Shown: piece by piece, positions 34,681-43,819 of the stretch | Layout: the number at the start of each line of letters is the position of its first letter | Position numbering within the stretch: position 1 is the first letter of the stretch | Source: an uncultured delta proteobacterium | Lineage (GTDB): Bacteria; Desulfobacterota; Binatia; UBA9968 | NCBI GenBank assembly: GCA_963816145.1 | Contig: CAWFJP010000004.1 | Location: 32,001-96,000, forward strand | DNA length: 64,000 nt | Direction: 5' to 3' | Notes under the pieces: generated by a model | Database searches by the model: none | What the model was told of the DNA's origin: nothing | The model's input: only the letters and a program-made list of their open reading frames with translations | Position numbers and translations under genes: made by a program

Positions 34681-36491
34681 TCGGCGCGCAGCTCCCGGAC
34701 GAGGAAATTCTCGGCAAGGCCTACGACGCGCGCTTGATGGCGCGCATCCTGCGCTACCTGCGGCCTTACTGGAAACTGCTCGCCGTCGCGTTTGTCTTTT
34801 TGCTGCTGCAGACCGGTACGCAGTTGCTCGGTCCCTATATCACCAAGATCGCCATTGACCGCTATGTGCTCGCCAAGGATGTTCATGGCCTTGATTTAAT
34901 GGCACTGGCCTATCTCGGCGTCGTTTTGTGCGGCTTTGTCGTGCTGTTCGTGCAGACCTACACCACCGAGTATATCGGCCAGCGCGCCATGCATGATTTG
35001 CGCCTGGAAATTTTCAGCCATTTGCAAAAGCAGGATCTGGCCTATTTCGACCGTAACGCGGTCGGCCGGTTGATGACCCGGACGATCAACGATGTCGAGA
35101 CGCTGAACGAACTATTCAGCACCGGCGTTGTCGGTCTCATGGGCGATGTTTCCATGGTGTTCGGCATCGCCGTGGTGATGCTTTGGCTCAACTGGCAGCT
35201 GGCGCTGGTCTGCCTCGCGGCGTTCCCGCTGATTATTTACTTGAGCCGTTTTTATCGCCGGCGCGCCCGCGAGGTCTATCGTCAGAGCCGGCTTATTCTC
35301 GGCCGGCTCAATGCCGGTTTGCAGGAAAACATCGCCGGTGTGGCGACGGTGCAGGCATTCGGTCAAGAGGAGCGGATGTACCGGCGCTTTCAACAGGTCA
35401 ATCTCAACTATCGCGATGTCTTGTTGCAGAGTATTCGCAACAACGCCGTGTTCTTTCCGGTCATCGAACTGTTCAGCGCGATCTCGGTGGGCTTGCTGCT
35501 CTGGTACGGCGGCGTGCAAATGGCGGGTCATGCGGTCGAGGCTGGCGTGCTGGTGGCGTTTCTCCAGTACATTCAACGCATGTACCAGCCGATCCGCGAT
35601 TTAGCCGAGAAATACAATATCATGCAAGCCGCCATGGCATCGTCGGAGCGGATTTTTCTCTTGCTCGATCAAGCGGAGACGATCAAGAACCCGCCCGAGC
35701 CCAAGCGCGTCGATAAATTCGCCGGCGCGGTTGAATTCAAAAACGTTCAGCTATCCTATCAGCCCGGCGATCCGGTGCTGAAAAACATTTCGTTTAAAAT
35801 TCGCCCCGGTGAAAAAGTCGCTCTGGTCGGCGCCACCGGCGGCGGCAAGACTTCGATTATCTCCGCGCTCTGCCGCTTCTACGATGTCGACTGTGGCGCG
35901 ATCCTGGTTGACGGCATCGATGTCCGCGAATGGAACAAGCAGGAGCTGCGCCGCCACTTGGGTCTGGTGTTGCAAGATGTGTTTCTGTTTTCCGGCGACA
36001 TCGCCACCAACGTTACTCTCGGCGACCCGCGCATCAGCCAAGAGCGCATGGCCGAGGCGGCGGCGCGGGCGCAGATTATGCCGTTTGTCGACAAGCTGCC
36101 GCATGGTTTCCAGGAAGAAGTCCAAGAGCGCGGCTCGACCATATCCCAAGGCCAACGCCAGCTCCTGTCGTTCGCCAGGGCCCTGGCTTTCGATCCGAAG
36201 ATACTCATTCTCGATGAAGCGACGAGCTCGGTGGATACCCAAACCGAAGCGCTGATTCAGGAGGCGCTCAACGAGCTCTTGAAAAATCGCACTGCGCTGA
36301 TCGTCGCCCACCGGCTGTCGACGATCAAGCACGCCGATCGCATTCTCGTCATCCACAACGGCGAGATCCGGGAAGAGGGCAATCACGACGAGCTGCTGGC
36401 TCACGGCGGCTTGTACGCGCGGCTCTACGAGTTGCAGTATCGCGTTCCGGAGCGTGACGGCGCGATGGCGGCGGCTGTTGCGCCGCTGTGA
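34677..36491 (+). CDS. Heterodimeric ABC exporter subunit 2 (YheH/BmrD-like)
   Basis: GATGGGKT, degenerate signature ISQGQ, LILDE, AHRLST; ATGA overlap. Confidence 0.92.
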   Translation: MIGAQLPDEEILGKAYDARLMARILRYLRPYWKLLAVAFVFLLLQTGTQLLGPYITKIAIDRYVLAKDVHGLDLMALAYLGVVLCGFVVLFVQTYTTEYIGQRAMHDLRLEIFSHLQKQDLAYFDRNAVGRLMTRTINDVETLNELFSTGVVGLMGDVSMVFGIAVVMLWLNWQLALVCLAAFPLIIYLSRFYRRRAREVYRQSRLILGRLNAGLQENIAGVATVQAFGQEERMYRRFQQVNLNYRDVLLQSIRNNAVFFPVIELFSAISVGLLLWYGGVQMAGHAVEAGVLVAFLQYIQRMYQPIRDLAEKYNIMQAAMASSERIFLLLDQAETIKNPPEPKRVDKFAGAVEFKNVQLSYQPGDPVLKNISFKIRPGEKVALVGATGGGKTSIISALCRFYDVDCGAILVDGIDVREWNKQELRRHLGLVLQDVFLFSGDIATNVTLGDPRISQERMAEAAARAQIMPFVDKLPHGFQEEVQERGSTISQGQRQLLSFARALAFDPKILILDEATSSVDTQTEALIQEALNELLKNRTALIVAHRLSTIKHADRILVIHNGEIREEGNHDELLAHGGLYARLYELQYRVPERDGAMAAAVAPL

Positions 36492-36574
36492 AGCAATGAC
36501 GCGCCGTTGGGTCCAGATCGCGTAGCTCGAAGTTAACGGCCAGAGGGCTTGGCATTTTTTTGTAAAAGTCCCGA

Positions 36575-37792
36575 TTAAGCGACGAACCCCAGCAGTCCAG
36601 CCGTGCGAAACCCTGGGAAAACTTTGTTCAGCTCTTTTTGGCCCAGATGGCGCGTGAGCACTTCGCTGCACACGGCGCGAAAGTCGGTCGTGAGGGCGAG
36701 GTCGCGGCCTTCGTAAAGCGTTTCCGGCGCGAGACCGGGCCAGCGGCCGTAGACTTTGCCGCCGCGCACGCGCCCGCCCATGGCGAACATTACGTTGGCA
36801 TGGCCATGATCGGTGCCGCGGTTGCCGTTCTCACGCGCCGTGCGGCCGAACTCCGACATGGTGAGAAGCGTGACATCGTCCATGCGGTCGCCAAGGTCAC
36901 GATAGAACGCGGCCAGACCGTCAGCCAATTCTCTGAGCCGATTGGCCAGCTGGCCGGTGGCGCCGCCTTGGTTGGCGTGGGTGTCCCAGCCGCCGATTTC
37001 AGTGAATGCCACTTCAATGCCGACATCGGCTTTGATCAGGCGGGCGATCTGCGCTAGACCGGCGCCAAAACGTCCTGCCGGATAGCGTTCCGAGGAGAAG
37101 GGTATTTTGGCATCGAGCCGTTTGAGCTCGGCCATGGCGCCGAAGAGATTCTCGGCGCCGAAGCGCAGTTCTTTGTCCGGGGTGTTAGCGTAGAGTTTTT
37201 GTAAGGCGTTGCCGAGCGCTTCATTGCGGAAGCGAAATTCTTCAATCGATGACAGCGTCAGCGCCGGTGCCGTGCCGGCCAACATGCGCGGCAATTGCGC
37301 GGTGAAGGCGATGCCGCGTAAATTTGACTGAGATTTTCTGCTTTCAAGTAAATAGCGGTTAAGCCAACCGTCCGGTGTGCTCTTGATGCCAGGTGTGCCG
37401 ATCTCCATGTAGTCCTGGGCATCGAAATGGGAGCGCGTGTTATCCGGCGAACCGGCTGCTTGGATAAACCCTAGATGGCCTTTGTCGTAGATGCTCTTGA
37501 GCGCTGCCAGCGCCGGATGCAGCCCGTAAAAGCCGTCGAGATCGATGGCGCTCTCTTCACCCGCTCCCGGCTCGCGCACGGCGATGCTCGGCCGGAGTTT
37601 GAAGTAGGCCGGATCTTTAAATGGAATGACGACATTCAAGCCATCCATGGCGCCGCGCTGAAACACCACGACCAGCGATTTATTTTTCGCCGATTGCGCG
37701 TGCGCCGCGCGGACGAGAAACGAAGGCGGTAAGCCCAGGGCGAGAAAGCCTAAACCGGTGCTTTGCAAAAAACTTCGGCGTGAGGAGTTCAT
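36575..37792 (-). CDS. DUF1501 family protein, Tat signal
   Basis: SRRSFL, RGAMDGLN, RSHFDAQ, GWDTH, SEFGRT..GTDHG. Confidence 0.9.
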   Translation of the reverse strand: MNSSRRSFLQSTGLGFLALGLPPSFLVRAAHAQSAKNKSLVVVFQRGAMDGLNVVIPFKDPAYFKLRPSIAVREPGAGEESAIDLDGFYGLHPALAALKSIYDKGHLGFIQAAGSPDNTRSHFDAQDYMEIGTPGIKSTPDGWLNRYLLESRKSQSNLRGIAFTAQLPRMLAGTAPALTLSSIEEFRFRNEALGNALQKLYANTPDKELRFGAENLFGAMAELKRLDAKIPFSSERYPAGRFGAGLAQIARLIKADVGIEVAFTEIGGWDTHANQGGATGQLANRLRELADGLAAFYRDLGDRMDDVTLLTMSEFGRTARENGNRGTDHGHANVMFAMGGRVRGGKVYGRWPGLAPETLYEGRDLALTTDFRAVCSEVLTRHLGQKELNKVFPGFRTAGLLGFVA

Positions 37793-37794
37793 CC

Positions 37795-39210
37795 TTATCT
37801 CCTTTGAAATTCCGGCGCCGCCAACAGCAACGCGATGGCTTGATTACCCTCGGCTTCCGCCAGGACCGTTTGCGTCGCCTGCGACAGCGAGTCCGGCGCA
37901 ATGCGGCGAACCAGACTGTCGCGATTCTTCAGTGTTTCCATCGGCACATTGGTCCCCGGCAAGCGGTTCGACAGCAGATCCGCGACGAAATTCATGCGCG
38001 TGAGCAGCATGTCGGCGCTGATCCAGGAGGCCGCGTTATCGGGATAGCCGGTGGGCGCTTGGGCCAGGAACAGCGGCTCGCCCATGCGGCCCAAGTAGCG
38101 CAGCAGTTGGTGCGTTACCTGCGCTTCGCTGCCGGTGACCCGGAGTGCGCTAGTGACGAACTCGAAAGGAGTTTTGATCTTGGCCTGATAAAAATCACGG
38201 CTGAAAAACTCCGGCGCATCGACGATGGCGCGCAAGACCGTCGGGATATCGCCGTCGCTCTGGCGAAACGCTTCCGCGGCCTTGCTGACGATCGCTGCCG
38301 GCGCTTCGTCGGCGACAAATCTGCGCGCCAATTTGGCGGCGATAAACCGCGCCGTCGACGGATGTTTGACCAGGATATCGATGACCCTTAGGCCATCGTC
38401 CATGCCGCCGCCTCGCGGGATGCGCTCGCCGAGGACGGTCTTTTCGCCGTTGTCATGCAGCCGCGGTTCAAAGCGAAATACTCCTTGACCGCGCGGTTGG
38501 ACAATTGTCCAGCCGGTGAAACAGCGGGCGACTTCCTGAACGTCCTGCTGGGTGTAGCCGCCGTCGACGCCCAACGTATGCAGCTCCATCAGCTCGCGGG
38601 CGTAGTTCTCGTTTAAGCCGCGGCGCCGATTGTTCGGCCCGCCCATGCGGGCGCCGGGGGAATCCGGACTGGCGCTCATCCAGTTGTCCAGATAAAACAG
38701 CATCGCCGGGCTTTGCGCCGTCGCTAGCAACAACTCCTTAAATTTGCCCAAGGCCAGGGGCCGGATCGTGTCGCGGTCGTAGGAAGTAGTCAACCAACGG
38801 TTGGCGCCTTTGGCGGCGTAAATGTTGAAGTGATTGCTCCAGAAATCGACCATGACTTCATAGAGTTGGCGGTTACTGTAAAGCGCGCGCAGGAGTTTGC
38901 CTTGTTGCAGCTCAAGGATCACGACGCGCGGGCCTTCCATGGACTGCATGGCCATGTCGCCTGGCTGTCTTTGCGCCCGCGGTGGTGGATAGAGTTCGAT
39001 CAGTTCGCGGCTGTTAAACCGCATGGTCTTGAGCCCCGCGACCCTTTCGTCGGCGGGGTTATCGGGGATTTTTTCCGGCGCGAGCTGCTCGTCCAGGTAG
39101 GCTCGGATGCCGATGCGCGCGGCTCTTTGCATGTTGCCCAGGGTGGGACCGAAACTGGTGCGATTCAAAAAATGGACGATTCTTTGGTCTTGACTGAGCG
39201 GCGCGGTCAT
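37795..39210 (-). CDS. DUF1800 family protein
   Basis: FWSNHFN, PAMLFYLDN, NENYARELMELHTLG, ARCFTGW. Confidence 0.92.
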   Translation of the reverse strand: MTAPLSQDQRIVHFLNRTSFGPTLGNMQRAARIGIRAYLDEQLAPEKIPDNPADERVAGLKTMRFNSRELIELYPPPRAQRQPGDMAMQSMEGPRVVILELQQGKLLRALYSNRQLYEVMVDFWSNHFNIYAAKGANRWLTTSYDRDTIRPLALGKFKELLLATAQSPAMLFYLDNWMSASPDSPGARMGGPNNRRRGLNENYARELMELHTLGVDGGYTQQDVQEVARCFTGWTIVQPRGQGVFRFEPRLHDNGEKTVLGERIPRGGGMDDGLRVIDILVKHPSTARFIAAKLARRFVADEAPAAIVSKAAEAFRQSDGDIPTVLRAIVDAPEFFSRDFYQAKIKTPFEFVTSALRVTGSEAQVTHQLLRYLGRMGEPLFLAQAPTGYPDNAASWISADMLLTRMNFVADLLSNRLPGTNVPMETLKNRDSLVRRIAPDSLSQATQTVLAEAEGNQAIALLLAAPEFQRR

Positions 39211-39225
39211 GGGTTACTCCTTGGG

Positions 39226-39873
39226 CTAGTCCTTGTCCCGGCTGCGCTGTAGCTTTTCCCGGAGCTGCTCGCGATAGCGCCGTTTCTCCTCAAGCGTCCC
39301 ATGCTCTTTGAGTTCGCGAACTTTTTCGCGTAGCTCCTGTCTCTCATGGGCCGGCATGTTGTCGTAATGTTCGCGCAGCCTCTGCCGCTGCTCCTTCGTC
39401 TCCCCCAGCCGCTCGCGCCGCTCCATCAGCTGCCGGCGCAATTCTTGGCGCTTTTCCGGCGGCATTTCGCGCAGTGTCTGCAGGCGCCGTTTGATTTCTT
39501 CGCGCCGTTCGGGCGGCAGCTTGCGATATTCTTCCCAGCGTTTCTGCAAGCGTTCGCGCTCGTCCGGCGGCAGTTTCTGAAAGCGCTCAAAATTTCGCCG
39601 TGCCGTGGTCTTCTCTTCAGGGGGCAGTTTGCGCCAGTTGTCAAACTTATCCTGTAGGTCGGCTTTTTCTTTAGCGTCGAGGCTTTTCCAACGCTGGTAA
39701 CGCTCGCGCATTTCCTGTTTTTCTTCCTGCGACATCTTTTGCCAGCGGTCGAGGGATTCTTGTTCGTTCTGGACCGGCACGGGACCGGGGCGCGCGCTTT
39801 GGCTCCAAGCCGGCGCTGCCAGAAGCAATGCTGCAAGCCCGAATGGGAGCGCCGATTGGCCAAAATTTTTCAC
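39226..39873 (-). CDS. DUF3106-like periplasmic protein with W..LPPE.R repeats
   Basis: Signal peptide, repeated W/F-xx-L-P-P-E-[KR] units. Confidence 0.7.
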   Translation of the reverse strand: MKNFGQSALPFGLAALLLAAPAWSQSARPGPVPVQNEQESLDRWQKMSQEEKQEMRERYQRWKSLDAKEKADLQDKFDNWRKLPPEEKTTARRNFERFQKLPPDERERLQKRWEEYRKLPPERREEIKRRLQTLREMPPEKRQELRRQLMERRERLGETKEQRQRLREHYDNMPAHERQELREKVRELKEHGTLEEKRRYREQLREKLQRSRDKD

Positions 39874-40118
39874 TTGGGAGCCTCCTTCTTTGTCGCCGGA
39901 GCGGACTTTCGCGGCAGGGAATTCTTGGCTTGTTCGCCCAGCGACTCGGCTCGATCCAGTTCACGCATCATTTCCAGCTGCTTGATCATTTCCATTTCGC
40001 GCAAGAACTCGAGCATCTTGAGCATCTCTTTGTCCGGCGGGTCGGCTTGCTTTGTCGCGCCGAATCCGACGGATGCGGCGATCAGGAGAATGCCCAGTGG
40101 TAACCAACGGTAGGTCAT
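39870..40118 (-). CDS. Small exported hypothetical protein
   Basis: Signal-like N-terminus; coupled within the operon; Met/Glu-rich amphipathic helix. Confidence 0.65.
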   Translation of the reverse strand: MTYRWLPLGILLIAASVGFGATKQADPPDKEMLKMLEFLREMEMIKQLEMMRELDRAESLGEQAKNSLPRKSAPATKKEAPK

Positions 40119-40129
40119 GGTGCGGACCG

Positions 40130-40648
40130 TCAAGCCGCGTCGTTGGCCGAGTTGTCCATGGCTTCCAATAAGTCCAGGTTATCCAATACATCCATGGCGC
40201 GGAAGAATTCCAAGTTCTCCGCCACCGGCAGCGCTTCGGATAATTCATCGTCCGGTAGATCATTCTTGCCGTTCCATAAGCCGCGATTGAGGGTGAACGT
40301 CAGAGCCATGGCCAGCACCGCGACAGCGGCCAGAGCGGACAGGTAGCGCGGTTGAAAAATCGCGGTTAAATCTTGCCACCAAGGTTTATGGTCAACGGCG
40401 GCGTCGATTTTGTGGCGCAGCTCGCGGCTATAATCCATCCAGAACTCATGCGGCGGCGTGTCGGTTTTGACCGTTAACGGCATGAGCGTGGTAAGTTCCT
40501 TCAGGTAGTTCGAGCAGCCGGCGCAGTCGGCGAGATGAGCTTGCAGCCGTTCACGCTCGCCGCCGTCGAGGTCGCCGAAGTGAAACAATACAAGATCGGC
40601 TTCCAAGTCTGTGCAGGCAGTCGCCGCGGATTCGATTGGTTGCGCCAT
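40130..40648 (-). CDS. Zinc-finger (ZAS, zf-HC2) transmembrane anti-sigma factor
   Basis: HLADCAGC (HxxxCxxC), single TM, directly downstream of the ECF sigma gene. Confidence 0.88.
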   Translation of the reverse strand: MAQPIESAATACTDLEADLVLFHFGDLDGGERERLQAHLADCAGCSNYLKELTTLMPLTVKTDTPPHEFWMDYSRELRHKIDAAVDHKPWWQDLTAIFQPRYLSALAAVAVLAMALTFTLNRGLWNGKNDLPDDELSEALPVAENLEFFRAMDVLDNLDLLEAMDNSANDAA

Positions 40649-40656
40649 AACTCCTC

Positions 40657-41322
40657 CTAGATCAACTCCGCCAAGCTTTGCCGCAGCGTGGTGACGGCGC
40701 GGTGCAGGTGTACTTTTACCGTGCCCTCGGCAGTTTCCATGGTTTCGGCGATTTCTCTGATCGAAAGCCCTTGGTGGTTCTTTAAAATAAATGCCGTGCG
40801 CTGTTTGGCCGGCAAGGTTTGCAGCGCGGCGTCTACTTTGCGCGAGAGCTGCCCCGCCAACACATGCTGTTCCGGCGCCAGCGGTTGAGCCGGGTTATGC
40901 GACGGTTCCATTTGATTCTCGATGTTCTCGTCAAATTCACCGGCGGATGTGCGCTTGGCGCGCCGCTTGTAATCGAGACAGACGTTGACCACGATGCGGT
41001 AAAACCAGGTGTAAAAGCTCGAGCGGCCGTCGAAGTTCTTCAAGTAGGTAAAAGCTTTTAAGAACGCTTCTTGGGACAAATCTTTGGCTTCCTCGCGATC
41101 TCGGGAGAAGCCAAAAGCGATATGGTAGGCCTTCTGTTTGTGGCGCTCGATCAGTTCATCGAACGCCCGGCGGTCGCCGTTTTGGGCCAATGCGACCAAT
41201 TCCTCATCCCCAGAGTTCGCCAATTGGCTCGTCCTGCCTTTCGTCGCTTCACGCGCGCTCGGATCACTGTGGAGGGGGCGGCGGAAGAATTCAAGTTCTT
41301 GCGCCGCTTGCAGGCATGCCAT
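40657..41322 (-). CDS. ECF RNA polymerase sigma factor (start may be later, ~41224)
   Basis: DEELV..GD..AF, DLSQEAFLKA, FYTWFYRIVVN, region 4 LSIREIAE..GTVKVHLHRA. Confidence 0.93.
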   Translation of the reverse strand: MACLQAAQELEFFRRPLHSDPSAREATKGRTSQLANSGDEELVALAQNGDRRAFDELIERHKQKAYHIAFGFSRDREEAKDLSQEAFLKAFTYLKNFDGRSSFYTWFYRIVVNVCLDYKRRAKRTSAGEFDENIENQMEPSHNPAQPLAPEQHVLAGQLSRKVDAALQTLPAKQRTAFILKNHQGLSIREIAETMETAEGTVKVHLHRAVTTLRQSLAELI

Positions 41323-41335
41323 GTCGGCTCCCGTT

Positions 41336-41731
41336 TTAGTTTGTCACGGCGTCTCGGCGGTCGCTGCGCAGTTCCTTGCGGTCCTGGCGCCGTTCGACGC
41401 GGTCCTGATGCAATTCTTTCCTGTCGCCTTTGATCTCGACCTTGTCCTGGACGATTTCTTTGCGGTCCTGGGCGATCTCTTGTGAGCTGGCGTTGTTCCT
41501 AACGTCCCGGCGCAATTCTCGACGGTCGGCGCGCAGCTGTCTAAAGTCTTTGCGCGACTCGCGACGGTCGCCCTTGATCTCCTGACGGTCGCGGTGGATT
41601 TCCTTGCGGTCCTGTCGCAGCTCGGCATTCTCCACGGGGGTGATCTTGCTTTCCGCCGCCAGCAGCGGTGATACTGCCACGGCCAAAGTAGCGACAAACA
41701 CTCCCGTGCTCATGACCGATTTACTTGTCAT
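41336..41731 (-). CDS. Secreted charged heptad-repeat (DRxEL/IR) protein
   Basis: Signal peptide then about 12 D-R-x-E-[LI]-x-x heptads; SD GGAGG. Confidence 0.7.
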   Translation of the reverse strand: MTSKSVMSTGVFVATLAVAVSPLLAAESKITPVENAELRQDRKEIHRDRQEIKGDRRESRKDFRQLRADRRELRRDVRNNASSQEIAQDRKEIVQDKVEIKGDRKELHQDRVERRQDRKELRSDRRDAVTN

Positions 41732-41771
41732 CTGGAAGACCTCCGGAGTTTAGTTTTTGCTTCTCCATCGG

Positions 41772-41800
41772 TTAGACGGCCCAAACGACGGTCGGTTTAC
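41772..41800 (-). promoter_or_regulatory. ECF-type promoter (probable autoregulation)
   Basis: Minus strand GTAAAC-16 nt-CGTCTAA, matching the AAC/CGT ECF pattern, about 40 nt before the first operon gene. Confidence 0.65.
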
Positions 41801-42048
41801 CGGCCCGTTGAGAAAATCCAGCGGTGAATTATTCAGCGAAAATTCGCTTACTTAGGATCCCATGCAGGACCATATTAGAACTCCGATGAGGGGCTTACGA
41901 GGGCTGCTTGACGTAGCCGCGGGCAAAACCGGCATTGACCCGCCAGCGCCAAGATGCGAAAGGCAGGCGGAATCTTGGGCACAGAGCTGAATCTTGAAAC
42001 TTGTAGTCGGGTCCAGAGTGACGCAGAGTGCGGATCGGACTGTTCAAG

Positions 42049-42077
42049 TTGACAAGCCATCCGGCTTCGACTAGCTT
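42049..42077 (+). promoter_or_regulatory. sigma70 promoter, leaderless geometry, for RGPP leader 1
   Basis: TTGACA-17-TAGCTT, ATG begins 7 nt after the -10; no SD. Confidence 0.75.
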
Positions 42078-42083
42078 CAAACC

Positions 42084-42380
42084 ATGTCAGTTTTTGGAGC
42101 TCGAACGGCAAACGCTTTCGGCCGCGCCGCTTGCGCCGTCACTTTGCTGTTCTTGTTCTTCCTGCCGCTGCATGTTCATTTTTCGCTGTCGCCGCAGTTG
42201 AGCAACCAATGCAGTTGCTTGCAGGGCGCGCGCGCGCAGTTCGTCGTCGCCGACAAAGCTCCGACGGTTGTGCCGGTCCCGCAATTTGCGGTTCTGCTCG
42301 AACCGCAGGTTTGCGCTTGGAGTTCTACCGCATCGCATTGCCAGTATGTCCGTGGCCCGCCTCTCTCAGTAGCCGTTTAG
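42084..42380 (+). CDS. HxH/CxC-RGPP leader peptide 1 (DUF2946/CruR-like putative arrest peptide), 98 aa
   Basis: FFLPLHVH..QCSCLQGARAQ..VRGPP; paralogous to 42918 and 51382. Confidence 0.8.
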   Translation: MSVFGARTANAFGRAACAVTLLFLFFLPLHVHFSLSPQLSNQCSCLQGARAQFVVADKAPTVVPVPQFAVLLEPQVCAWSSTASHCQYVRGPPLSVAV

Positions 42381-42467
42381 TTCGACAATTTCAGCGATAC
42401 TAGTGTGTTCTCGGTGGCGTGTGCGCAAGCCGAGGCGAGTTGTTATCTATCGAGGGAGGGGCTTGTC

Positions 42468-42737
42468 ATGAACTTTTCTGTTGTTCGGACACCGCTTGTC
42501 GTGGTGTCTGCGGCTTTTACGTTTCTGTTGTTTCTATCGGAGCGAGGTTGGGGGCAAAGTACCGAGCTTGAATCGCTGCGCGCGCTCGTCAAGGGCATGG
42601 AACAGCAGCTGCAACAGGCTTTGCAGCGCATCGATCAGCTGGAAAAAGAAAAAGGGTCGACGTCAGTAAGGGTCGAGCAAGTCGAAAAATCAATTCAGGC
42701 GGTGCAAAGCGCGCCGACGGCGCTCAATCCAGCAATC
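42468..42737 (+). pseudogene. Truncated 5' copy of the OM beta-barrel gene at 51787
   Basis: QSTELESLRA..ALQRIDQLEKEK..VRVEQVEKS.QAVQSAPTALNP matches 51787..53052; similarity stops after NPAI and the frame runs on through unrelated sequence to 42902. Confidence 0.85.
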
Positions 42738-42881
42738 ACACCGATCCAACCGCTTGTCCCGGAGCTATGTCAACGAAACTCTTCTTATTTTACCGCATTA
42801 ACAAGTATTCACCGATGGAGGCCTGAGACAAAAAGCACTCCGGTCGAGGCATCCTCTCAGCTACGCGCGGACTCGTTGAAT

Positions 42882-42910
42882 TTGACAAGTCTTAATTCCT
42901 AGGCTAACAA
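42882..42910 (+). promoter_or_regulatory. sigma70 promoter, leaderless geometry, for RGPP leader 2
   Basis: TTGACA-17-TAACAA, ATG 42918 begins 8 nt after; no SD. Confidence 0.6.
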
Positions 42911-42917
42911 GTCGGCT

Positions 42918-43214
42918 ATGGATCTCGCGCAGCTCTCGTTTCAAATAAAGCATAGACAGCGCTGCGTCGGCGTCTTATTGCTGCTAACCGTCTTTTTCCT
43001 GCTGTTTCATTTTCACCCCGCCACAGCGTCAACCGCACAGATTAATGGCGAATGTACCTGCCTGCATGGTACCCGGACCCAAATCGGAATTGCCCCGGTC
43101 ATGGTCCAGTTACCACTGCCCGTGCTGTTAGTTAGGTATTATTCATTCGAACCTCGGTTTGTGTCATTAAATACTGTTCGTTTCCGATCCATTCGCGGTC
43201 CGCCGGTTTTTTAG
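42918..43214 (+). CDS. HxH/CxC-RGPP leader peptide 2, 98 aa
   Basis: FFLLFHFH..ECTCLHGTRTQ..IRGPP. Confidence 0.8.
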   Translation: MDLAQLSFQIKHRQRCVGVLLLLTVFFLLFHFHPATASTAQINGECTCLHGTRTQIGIAPVMVQLPLPVLLVRYYSFEPRFVSLNTVRFRSIRGPPVF

Positions 43215-43333
43215 TCTCTCCGTCACCGTTTATTTTTCAGCTGTTTCTTGAAGATAGGAGCCACCTCGACCGTCCTCGGTCGCCCGCGGCCCGTTCTCCA
43301 TCCATTGGCCCTTAGCCGATTGGAGGAATATTC

Positions 43334-43819
43334 ATGAATCAAAATGTCTCTGCCGTGGCGCCCCGCTCGTGGATCGATGCCCTCGGCAGCACGTTTTCAA
43401 TTGCCTGCGCCATGCAGTGTTCGGTTTTTCCGCTGCTCATCGGCGTGTTGCCGCTGTTAGGTTTGGGTTTTCTCTTAGGCGACGGCGTCGAGAAAGTCTT
43501 TCTGGGAACCTCAGTCGTGCTCGGCGTCAGCAGCTTCACTTGGGGATTTCGCTACCACCAACGTTTTTACGTCTTTGTTTTTTTGGTTTCGGCGTTAGCC
43601 TTGATCGGCGTCGGACGCTTTTGGGTTGACGACCGATACGAGACTCCAATCGTCGTCGCCGGAACGCTGGTTTTGGCCGCAGGCCATTTCCTCAATCGGC
43701 GACTATGCCGTCTTTGCGCCGAGTGCGACCGCCATGGAAGCGCGTCCGGCTCCCATGTCGCAAGCCATATGAGCACTGTCTCCGTTGCCAACGAAAGGAA
43801 CAACGATCATGAAGTCTAA
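43334..43819 (+). CDS. MerC-domain membrane protein
   Basis: DALG..SIACAMQC..P, four TM helices, GH.LNRRLC..C; SD GGAGG. Confidence 0.75.
   Translation: MNQNVSAVAPRSWIDALGSTFSIACAMQCSVFPLLIGVLPLLGLGFLLGDGVEKVFLGTSVVLGVSSFTWGFRYHQRFYVFVFLVSALALIGVGRFWVDDRYETPIVVAGTLVLAAGHFLNRRLCRLCAECDRHGSASGSHVASHMSTVSVANERNNDHEV

Noticed and set aside
42738-42902. C-terminal part of ORF 42405..42902 as real protein
   Set aside because: Read-through into unrelated DNA after the truncation point; it overlaps the next promoter.
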